From an uncultured Gammaproteobacteria bacterium (GTDB lineage Bacteria; Patescibacteriota; Patescibacteriia; Patescibacteriales; UBA12465), in contig CAYOKE010000001.1 of the NCBI GenBank assembly GCA_964404515.1, positions 1-63,268 on the forward strand: a DNA stretch of 63,268 nt, given 5' to 3'. Made by a program: the position numbers and the translations under genes. The notes below the pieces were generated by a model that searched no databases, was not told where the DNA came from, and was given only the letters and a program-made list of their open reading frames with translations. Each line of letters starts with the position of its first letter. Within the stretch, counting starts at the first letter, position 1. Of this stretch, positions 15,709 to 23,358 are shown piece after piece.

Positions 15709-17775
15709 TTACAAATTAGCTTGATTATTGGCAACTGACTGCCTTTCCGTCGTCTCTTCCTGATAGCCAATCTCCTCGTCGCATTTCGGGCAATACTTAT
15801 GTTCCCCGGACAGGTACCCGTGCTTCGGGCAAATAGAGAAGGTAGGCGTAATCGTGAAATATGGCAAACGGTAGTTCTCAACTATTTTCTTGACCAATTT
15901 CTTGGCTGTTTCCCCGTCTGGCAAGCGCTCGCCTAGATAGCCGTGCAGGACCGTACCGCCGGTATATTTGATCTGCAGATCGTCCTGCAAATCGAGGGCC
16001 GAGAAGATATCATCTGTATAATTGACATGCAAATGAGTAGAATTGGTGTAGTAGGGATCGGCACCAAGTTTCTTAACCGCTTCAGCATTAGCACAGATGA
16101 TACCCGGATATAGCTGTTGGTCCTTCTTGGCGAAACGGTAGGTGCAGCCTTCGCCCGGCGTCGCCTCCAAATTATAAAGGTTGTTGGTCTCATTCTGAAA
16201 ATCCATCAGCTTCTCGCGCATAAAATCTAAGATTTCAGCGGCGAAAGCGTGGCCCTCAGGAGAGCTAATATCCTTGCCCATCAGGTTAAGAACTGCCTCG
16301 TTCATGCCGTTAATGCCGATGGTCGAAAAATGGTTTTTCCAATAGGAGCCGAAGCGTTGTCTGATATTACCCAGATAGAACATAGAATAAGGGTAAAGGC
16401 GGTCTTCGGTGAACTTCTCTATTATCTTGCGTTTAATCTCCAGACTCTCCTTGGCTAGATCCATCAACTCTAAGAGCCGATTCTTGAATTCCTCTTTGCT
16501 TTTCGAGAGATAGCCGAGACGAGCCAGGTTGATTGTTACCACGCCCAAGGATCCGGTAAGGGGGTTGGCGCCGAAGAGTCCGCCGCCACGCTTACGCAGT
16601 TCCCGGTTATCGAGCCGCAGGCGGCAACACATGGAACGGGCATCATCGCGTTTCATGTCCGAATTCACGAAATTCGAGAAATAAGGGATACCATACTTAG
16701 CCGTCATCTCCCAGGCTGGTTTCAGGCATTCTCGATTCCAGTCGAAATCCTTATCGACATTATAGGTTGGGATCGGGAAGCCGAAGACGCGACCAGTCGA
16801 ATCTCCCGCCAGCATCACCTCCGCAAAAGCCTGGTTGAACATATCCATTTCTGGCTGAAAATCCTTGTATTTCTCCGGCATGATCTTGCCGCCGATAATG
16901 GCGTTCTCTTCGCCGATCATGGGCGACGGGACAACGTCCAGAGTGACGTTGGTGAATGGGGTCTGGAAACCGACGCGGGTCGGGACATTGATATTAAACA
17001 TGAACTCCTGAAGGCCCTGCTTCACTTCTTCGTAGGTGAGGTGGTCATAGCGGATAAAAGGCGCTAAATAGGTATCGAAATTAGCGAAGGCTTGAGCGCC
17101 GGCCGCTTCGCCCTGCATGGTATAGAAGAAATTTATAATCTGACCTAGAGCGCTGCGGAAATGCTTAGGCGGGTTGCTCTGAACCTTTTCATTAACTCCG
17201 CGGAAACCGCGTATCAAAAGATCTTTCAGATCCCAACCGCAGCAATAGGGCGCCAACAAGCCTAAATCATGAAGATGCAAATCACCGTTAATGTGGGCTT
17301 GGCGGATATTCTCCGGGTACATCTTATTGAGCCAATAGCGAGCCGAAATCGAGGAGGCGATATAATTATTTAAGCCTTGGACCGAAAAACTCATGTTGCT
17401 ATTTTCCTTTAAACGCCAATCGGACCGGCCCAGGTAATCTTCCATCAGCTTATCATCCAGGGTGGCTTTATTAATATCGCGTAACTGGCGATGCTGTTCG
17501 CGGTAGAGGATATAGGCTTTCGCGACTTTTATCAGCTTATTCTCGATCAAGATTTCTTCGACGACATCTTGAATCTCTTCAACCGCCGGGATGCTGTTCT
17601 TATGAAATTTCTTATTGATCTTCATTACTACCTGATCGGATAGCTTCTTCGCTAAGTGCCGGTCATCAATCTCAACAGCCAAAGCCGCCTTATAGATAGC
17701 TTTAGCAATTTTGTCTTGGTCAAAGTTGACGATTTCGCCAGATCTCTTGATCAATTTGCTGATAACTTCTGACAT
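15709..17775 (-). CDS. nrdD: Anaerobic (class III) ribonucleoside-triphosphate reductase, large fragment lacking the glycyl-radical segment
   Basis: 688 aa. N-terminal ATP-cone (KRSGEIVNFDQDKIAKAI), the conserved core, and the C-terminal Zn site CPKHGYLSGEHKYCPKC. It then ends after 20 non-conserved residues without an RVxGY motif. Confidence 0.9.
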   Translation of the reverse strand: MSEVISKLIKRSGEIVNFDQDKIAKAIYKAALAVEIDDRHLAKKLSDQVVMKINKKFHKNSIPAVEEIQDVVEEILIENKLIKVAKAYILYREQHRQLRDINKATLDDKLMEDYLGRSDWRLKENSNMSFSVQGLNNYIASSISARYWLNKMYPENIRQAHINGDLHLHDLGLLAPYCCGWDLKDLLIRGFRGVNEKVQSNPPKHFRSALGQIINFFYTMQGEAAGAQAFANFDTYLAPFIRYDHLTYEEVKQGLQEFMFNINVPTRVGFQTPFTNVTLDVVPSPMIGEENAIIGGKIMPEKYKDFQPEMDMFNQAFAEVMLAGDSTGRVFGFPIPTYNVDKDFDWNRECLKPAWEMTAKYGIPYFSNFVNSDMKRDDARSMCCRLRLDNRELRKRGGGLFGANPLTGSLGVVTINLARLGYLSKSKEEFKNRLLELMDLAKESLEIKRKIIEKFTEDRLYPYSMFYLGNIRQRFGSYWKNHFSTIGINGMNEAVLNLMGKDISSPEGHAFAAEILDFMREKLMDFQNETNNLYNLEATPGEGCTYRFAKKDQQLYPGIICANAEAVKKLGADPYYTNSTHLHVNYTDDIFSALDLQDDLQIKYTGGTVLHGYLGERLPDGETAKKLVKKIVENYRLPYFTITPTFSICPKHGYLSGEHKYCPKCDEEIGYQEETTERQSVANNQANL

Positions 17776-17802
17776 ATGGGGGTTTGCCTTAAATTATCTT
17801 TG

Positions 17803-18261
17803 TTAGTTCTTTTCCTTGATTAGCTTATTGAGTTCTCTTTTAAACTCATGGGCATCCTTGAATGACTCATAGACCGAGGCATAACGGATATAGGCAACCT
17901 GGTCGATTTTCTTCAGATTCTTCATGACTACTTGGCCGACCTGCTGGGAAGTAATCTCGCTCTTCTTGAGGCGCTGGAGGTCCCGTTCGATGGAATGGAT
18001 CAGCTTCTTGAAGCGATCTTCGGTGATCGGGCGCTTTTCGCAGGACTTTTTCAAGCCGCTCACCATCTTATCGCGGCTGTAGGTCTCACGCCTACCATCC
18101 CTCTTGACAATAATCAGATCTAATAGCTCTATCTCCTCATAGGTCGAGAAGCGGAAAGCACATTTCAGACATTCCCGGCGGCGACGGATTGAGAGCCCGT
18201 CCTGGGCCACCCGGGAATCGACAACTTTGGTGTCCGGATAGTAACAAATGGGGCATTTCAT
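17803..18261 (-). CDS. nrdR: Transcriptional repressor NrdR
   Basis: 152 aa. Zn ribbon MKCPICYYPDTKVVDSR...CLKCAFRFSTYE plus an ATP-cone. Confidence 0.9.
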   Translation of the reverse strand: MKCPICYYPDTKVVDSRVAQDGLSIRRRRECLKCAFRFSTYEEIELLDLIIVKRDGRRETYSRDKMVSGLKKSCEKRPITEDRFKKLIHSIERDLQRLKKSEITSQQVGQVVMKNLKKIDQVAYIRYASVYESFKDAHEFKRELNKLIKEKN

Positions 18262-18303
18262 AGGTTTTAGGGCCTTTTCGGGCCAATCAGGGCCAGACCT
18301 GGA

Positions 18304-18389
18304 ACCCTATATTTTGTGTCTTCTTAAAAAAATAGACCACTAAATGTTGTATCTAGTAATATTTTAGCAAATTTTTACCTTCGGGTCAA
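18304..18389 (-). promoter_or_regulatory. Candidate sigma70-type promoter with two NrdR-box-like sites upstream of nrdR-nrdD
   Basis: On the minus strand: TTGACC (18384-18389), 17 nt, TAAAAT (18361-18366). Downstream of it, box B is at 18337-18352 (plus strand CCACTAAATGTTGTAT, 12/16 to acaCwAtATaTwGtgt). Box A is at 18304-18319 (minus strand ACACAAAATATAGGGT, 14/16). Centres are 33 bp apart. Confidence 0.5.
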
Positions 18390-18471
18390 TTCAGCTAGTT
18401 TTCAAAAAAATATAATTTTTTTAGGGAGTTATCCACAGAAAAATCGAAAACTAAAGCCATGGCCAAGACAC

Positions 18472-18502
18472 AAAAAAGTTTCCCAAAACAGGAAACCTTT
18501 TT
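18472..18502 (-). terminator. Rho-independent terminator after ftsZ
   Basis: Minus strand reads GGTTTCC-tgttttg-GGAAAC followed by TTTTTTGTG, about 25 nt after the ftsZ stop. Confidence 0.6.
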
Positions 18503-18525
18503 AATAGACTTTTATAATAGCTGCC

Positions 18526-19716
18526 TTAACCCATCTTCTTCCGAATAAAGGCTGGCACGCTCAGGTCGTCATCGTCATTCATGGGCTTTTCGGCCTTCTT
18601 TTCCAAGGCGGGCTTGACTGGGATGTTCTTGAAGACGTTGAATTTCCCCTTATTCTTGTCAACTGATGTCGAAGGCATCCCCGGTTCTTTTTCGGCCTCC
18701 TTCTCGATAATGAAAGTATTCGGGGTATAGGACTTAGTCATCTCATTCTTCTGGCTCTTGCCTCGGCCGTCGAAACCGGTCGCTACGACTGTTATCTTAA
18801 TCTGGTCCTTCATCTTCTCGTCGATGACGGCGCCAAAGATAATCTTGGCATCATCATCGGCAGCCGAGGTTATCACTTTGGCCGCTTCGGAAACTTCAGT
18901 CATGGAAAGATCGGTACCGCCGGTGATTGTGAAGACGATGCCACGAGCGCCGTCAATGGACATGTCCAAAAGATTAGAATTGATAGCATCCTTGGCCGCT
19001 TCGACCGCCTTGTTCTCGCCTGAAGCCGTGCCAATGCCCATAAGCGCCGAGCCGGCGTTAGACATGACAGCTTTCACGTCGGCGAAGTCGGCGTTTATGA
19101 TGCCAGGGACGGTGATAATCTCCGCGATTCCCTGCACGCCTTGGCGCAGAACGTCGTCAGCGATCTTGAAAGCTTCGAGAAGTGAGGTCTTCTTGTCTAT
19201 CACCTGCAACAGCTTGTCGTTGGAAATGGTGATTATGGTATCAACCTTATCCGCCAATTCAGCAAAAGCACGGTCGGCAATATTCTTGCGCTGGCCGCCC
19301 TCGAACATAAAAGGCTTAGTCACGACCGCGACAGTGAGAGCGCCGAGCTCTTTCGCAATCTGGGCGACAATAGGCGAAGCGCCAGAACCAGTGCCGCCGC
19401 CCAGGCCGCAGGTGACAAAAACCATATCACAACCCTTGATCGCTTCCCGAATTTCATTCTGGGATTCTTCCGCGGCGCCTTTGCCGAGATCAGGGTCCAT
19501 ACCCGCGCCTAAACCGCGGGTTACGGTCTTGCCAATATGGATCTTCTCATTCGCCTTGTTATAATGTAGGGCCTGGACGTCAGTATTTATCGCCACGAAG
19601 CCGACGCCCTTGATGCCGTTGTCAACCATACGGTTTATGGCACTGCCGCCACCGCCACCCACGCCGATGACTTTTATTTTAGCAAAAGTTTCTATTTCTG
19701 GTTTGACTTCCGCCAT
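18526..19716 (-). CDS. ftsZ: Cell division GTPase FtsZ
   Basis: 396 aa. Tubulin signature GGGTGSGASP and N-terminal VIGVGGGGGSAINRM. Confidence 0.95.
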   Translation of the reverse strand: MAEVKPEIETFAKIKVIGVGGGGGSAINRMVDNGIKGVGFVAINTDVQALHYNKANEKIHIGKTVTRGLGAGMDPDLGKGAAEESQNEIREAIKGCDMVFVTCGLGGGTGSGASPIVAQIAKELGALTVAVVTKPFMFEGGQRKNIADRAFAELADKVDTIITISNDKLLQVIDKKTSLLEAFKIADDVLRQGVQGIAEIITVPGIINADFADVKAVMSNAGSALMGIGTASGENKAVEAAKDAINSNLLDMSIDGARGIVFTITGGTDLSMTEVSEAAKVITSAADDDAKIIFGAVIDEKMKDQIKITVVATGFDGRGKSQKNEMTKSYTPNTFIIEKEAEKEPGMPSTSVDKNKGKFNVFKNIPVKPALEKKAEKPMNDDDDLSVPAFIRKKMG

Positions 19717-19744
19717 AAAATTATCTTAATTGATTGATTAATTA

Positions 19745-21001
19745 TTATTTGGGCATTATCTTACTGAACAGCCCTTTCGTCTTTTCAAACAGGCCGCCAA
19801 GCTTCTTAAACCGGATATTCTGATTACCTTCCAGTTCACTATGGCTGCCCCAAATGACCAAACCTAAGGCTGTCAAGAATTCAGGATTCCGGACCTTATC
19901 AATCACGACGTTGATATTCTTAGCCTGGCCGACGGCCGCTGGCAGGCGCAGCTTCTTCTTAGCAGATTCTACCAAGCCGTCAAGACAGGCGCCGCCGCCG
20001 ACGAAGATAACGCCAGCCGGCAGCATACCCGAACGGTCGATCCTCTTGAATTCATTGTCGACTTTCTCGAAAATCTCTTCCACTCGGGCATTGATTATCT
20101 CTGAAACGTATTTACGCGAAATTAAGCTGATATCATCATTGACTTCCTCTTCCTTCACTAATTCCGAAACGTCGATTTCGTCTTTCTTGCTGAAATCTTC
20201 CGGCACAGAGCTGCCATAGTCATGTTTTATCCTTTCTGCCAAGTTGATCGGGCAACGCAGACCGATGGCGATATCGGCCGTGATGTGTTCGGCGCCGATT
20301 GGTAAGATTGCCGTATGGATCAGATTCCTTTCTTCATAGACAGCGAGCGAAGTCGTCGAGGAACCGAGATTGATAAGGGCCGCTCCCAGCTCTTTTTGCT
20401 TCGAGCTCAAGACCGCCTCTGAGGCCGCTAACGGCGCGAGGACAAGATCCTCGATCTCCAGCCCGGTCCGATATATGGCCTTGGTCAGGTTCTTGATCTG
20501 GGTGCTCAATCCCTGGACAATCAAGGTTTCGACTTCTAGGCGGATGCCGTTCATGCCGATTGGATCCTTGACGTCCGCTTGGTTATCGACGCTGAACTTC
20601 ACCGGTATGACATGCAGAATCTCGTAATTGACCGGGACGGCCAAGGCTCTGGCTGCTTCGATTGCTCGCGTGACATCGTTTTCATTTATCTCCCCGTCGC
20701 TACGGCCGACGGCCACGACGCCGCGGGAACGTTCGCATTTGATATGCGGATCATTGATGCTGACCCAGACGCGGCTGATCGGAACGCCGACTAAACGCTC
20801 AGCTTTTTCCAGGCAAGCGGAAATGGAAGAAGTCGTCTCTTCGATAGAGTTCACGATGCCGCGACTGACGCCGGCCGTCGGGACGGAAACGGCGCCGATG
20901 ATTTGCAGCTCATCGCCGGCCACTCCGGGAATCTTCTGGCCGATGACCAGGCGGATGGCGGTCGAGCCGATGTCTAAGCCGGCGATAATATTATCCTTCA
21001 T
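19745..21001 (-). CDS. ftsA: Cell division protein FtsA (actin-like ATPase)
   Basis: 418 aa. Phosphate-1 motif GLDIGSTAIRLVIG. Located directly upstream of ftsZ. Confidence 0.9.
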   Translation of the reverse strand: MKDNIIAGLDIGSTAIRLVIGQKIPGVAGDELQIIGAVSVPTAGVSRGIVNSIEETTSSISACLEKAERLVGVPISRVWVSINDPHIKCERSRGVVAVGRSDGEINENDVTRAIEAARALAVPVNYEILHVIPVKFSVDNQADVKDPIGMNGIRLEVETLIVQGLSTQIKNLTKAIYRTGLEIEDLVLAPLAASEAVLSSKQKELGAALINLGSSTTSLAVYEERNLIHTAILPIGAEHITADIAIGLRCPINLAERIKHDYGSSVPEDFSKKDEIDVSELVKEEEVNDDISLISRKYVSEIINARVEEIFEKVDNEFKRIDRSGMLPAGVIFVGGGACLDGLVESAKKKLRLPAAVGQAKNINVVIDKVRNPEFLTALGLVIWGSHSELEGNQNIRFKKLGGLFEKTKGLFSKIMPK

Positions 21002-21090
21002 AAGTATTATGATGAATTAAAAATCAAACAATCGAGAGATTAGTAATTGCTGTTAATATTATACAAAATATATAAAAATTTAACAATCAT

Positions 21091-21864
21091 TCAGAAGAGC
21101 GGGAAAAGGCCCAGATACCAACCAATAATTGGTTCTCCCCAAATTAGAGTAATAATAGCGGCAAAGGCCAGAAACGGACCTAAGGCTATGCGGGAATGCC
21201 ATTTTTTCCGCCGGCTAGACATCAAGATGAGGCTGATGATTGCTCCGACGCCATAAGCGAGAACCAGAAGCAGTAATAGCTTGCCCGCGTCAGCGAAAAA
21301 GAAGCCCAATAACAACCCCAGCCAAATATCCCCTTCCCCGACCCCTTTCTTCTTGGTCAGAAGATATTGCAAAGCGAAAAACGCCAAACCGGCCGCGCCG
21401 CCGATGACGACCGCTAAAGGACTTAAACCGAGCAAGAGATTGGAAACCAAGACGATAGCCGCTAGGGGCCAGATGACGAGCATCGGGATCATCTGCCAAC
21501 GGAAGTCGTAGACGAAGATGACTATCATCCCGGCGGTAAATAGCAGGTCGCGGAGCAGGAACAGGCTGCCAAGCGGCACCGCTTGATCCAACCAAAAAAT
21601 CTCTAAAAACAAGCTGGCGGTCACTAGTTCCACGAGCGGATACTGCCAAGAAATCTTCTCGCGGCAATGACGGCAACGCCCGCCCAGGATAATAAAGCTC
21701 AGAACCGGGATATTATCATACCAAGCGATCATCTTCCGGCAATGCGGGCAATAGGAACGGCCAGATAGAGTTTCATCTTTATATAAGCGCCAAATCAGGC
21801 AATTCAGGAAACTACCGATAATTAGGCCGAAAAGGAAGATAAAAACATTGAGCGTGGCAATCAT
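21091..21864 (-). CDS. pilD: Type IV prepilin peptidase (A24 family, PilD-like)
   Basis: 257 aa. N-terminal Cys-pair domain CPHCRKMIAWYDNIPVLSFIILGGRCRHCREKI. Polytopic. Aspartyl motifs FVYDFRWQMIP and GVGEGDIWL. Confidence 0.85.
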   Translation of the reverse strand: MIATLNVFIFLFGLIIGSFLNCLIWRLYKDETLSGRSYCPHCRKMIAWYDNIPVLSFIILGGRCRHCREKISWQYPLVELVTASLFLEIFWLDQAVPLGSLFLLRDLLFTAGMIVIFVYDFRWQMIPMLVIWPLAAIVLVSNLLLGLSPLAVVIGGAAGLAFFALQYLLTKKKGVGEGDIWLGLLLGFFFADAGKLLLLLVLAYGVGAIISLILMSSRRKKWHSRIALGPFLAFAAIITLIWGEPIIGWYLGLFPLF

Positions 21865-22529
21865 AGAAATTTGAAAAAAAAGTATATCTTAGAACGATAA
21901 TAGCGGAGTTTCCGACGCCAAAACGGCAAAGGACTACCGCTACCAAGGTGGTTTATGGCTATTTCCTGGCAGATTTCCAGACGGTAGCCTGCCTGGCGGA
22001 CACGACGGCACAGGTCCACGTCTTCGAAATACATGAAATAATTTTCATCCCAACCGCCGATTTTCTTAAACAGCGGCCGAGGAATCGCTAAGGCCGCACC
22101 ACTCACCCAGCCCAAGCCGCCGGAACTATTCCGGCTATAAGCATAGGGCTGGTCTGTCCCGTCACGCAGTAAGCGGGGCGCGAGAATCCCGATCTTTTGA
22201 TCGGCAGCGAAGCGACCAGCTAGAATCGGCAGGATATCGGACTTTAGAAGCGTATCGCTATTCAAGAAAAATAGGTAATCGCCATGGGCGACGGCGGCCC
22301 CTAGATTGTTGGCAACGGCAAAACCGCGATTCTTATCTGCTACGACGAACTTTATCCTGTTCCCATACTTCTCTCGCAGCTTCTCCCCGCTTCCGTCGCC
22401 GGAGTGGCTATCGACCAATATGACTTCGGGACGGCCGGCAGCAAGAAACCTGAAAATCGACTGCAGGCAGCGGTCAGTCAAATCGAAAGTCCGGTAATTG
22501 ACGATGATGATCGAAAAGGTCTCAGTCAT
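21861..22529 (-). CDS. Family 2 glycosyltransferase
   Basis: 222 aa. FSIIIVNYRTFDLTDRCLQSI, VILVDSHSGDGS and FFLNSDT (DxD-like) are typical of GT2 (rhamnosyltransferase-like). Confidence 0.75.
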   Translation of the reverse strand: MTETFSIIIVNYRTFDLTDRCLQSIFRFLAAGRPEVILVDSHSGDGSGEKLREKYGNRIKFVVADKNRGFAVANNLGAAVAHGDYLFFLNSDTLLKSDILPILAGRFAADQKIGILAPRLLRDGTDQPYAYSRNSSGGLGWVSGAALAIPRPLFKKIGGWDENYFMYFEDVDLCRRVRQAGYRLEICQEIAINHLGSGSPLPFWRRKLRYYRSKIYFFFKFL

Positions 22530-23358
22530 TGTTTTTCAATTTAAAGATATAATAATCGATTGCCGTCCGATAACTGGCCGCCCGACAACTGGCTTTCAAC
22601 CCAGCCCAACCGGCGCGATAGGCGCTAGAAAATATGTTCTTTAAGAAAGTGACCGAAAAATCTGCCGGCAACAAGGCGAGCGGACATCTCAGCCGCCAAC
22701 GAACTGCTAACGGCCAGCCAGGTGCTGAATAATTAAATTTAGCAATCTCCGAAAAAGGTTTCAGATAGGTCGCTGCCTGTAGCTCAGCCCAAGCTAGCTG
22801 TTTTTTCCTAAAAATCTGCTGGGAAAGATTATCATAGTCTGGCTGATGGTTGAGGATGAGAGCAGTTTTCTCGATTGGGCCAGCTAGGTTTAAGGAAAAA
22901 TGCGGTACGCCTAAAAATGATAGACAGCTCTTGCGAAATAGCGCGACCTTAGACGGCCAATGGCTGGAAACAATCTTTTGGCCATCGAATAAGGGCCAAA
23001 GGAAGCTGAAACCGGCCTTAATTTTTTTTCCTGAGACCGGTTCGACGATAAGCCGCGGTAATTCTTTCTTTAGCTCGGGGGATAGGAATTCGTCCGCATC
23101 AATCCTCAATATCCAATCATTGACTGCTAAGGCTAGAGCCATAGGGAAATGGAATTCCATAGCGCCATAATATTCTGCTTCTACCACCCGGGCGCCGCCC
23201 AAAGCGGCGATTTCCAAAGAGCCATCTTGACAAGGGCCATCATGAACTACGATGATTTCCTGGACCACCCCGGCCAAACTACTAAGGCAGCGCGGTAGGA
23301 GTTTCGCTTCGTTTCGGACAATCAGGATGGCAGAAATACTCGGCTGGTCATTTTCCAT
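22522..23358 (-). CDS. Family 2 glycosyltransferase-like protein
   Basis: 278 aa. ISAILIVRNEAKLLPRCLSSL, IIVVHDGPCQDGS, RIDADEF. Confidence 0.7.
   Translation of the reverse strand: MENDQPSISAILIVRNEAKLLPRCLSSLAGVVQEIIVVHDGPCQDGSLEIAALGGARVVEAEYYGAMEFHFPMALALAVNDWILRIDADEFLSPELKKELPRLIVEPVSGKKIKAGFSFLWPLFDGQKIVSSHWPSKVALFRKSCLSFLGVPHFSLNLAGPIEKTALILNHQPDYDNLSQQIFRKKQLAWAELQAATYLKPFSEIAKFNYSAPGWPLAVRWRLRCPLALLPADFSVTFLKNIFSSAYRAGWAGLKASCRAASYRTAIDYYIFKLKNND

Noticed and set aside
15676-15711. An intron or intein interrupting nrdD
   Set aside because: The spacer is only ~36 nt, far too short for a group I/II intron or an intein. It carries three stops and is followed by an ATG, so I treat it as a genuine split or an artefact.
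18758-19564. 268-aa plus-strand ORF
   Set aside because: It is entirely antisense to the unambiguous ftsZ gene. It has a low-complexity S/A/P-rich translation and no independent signals.
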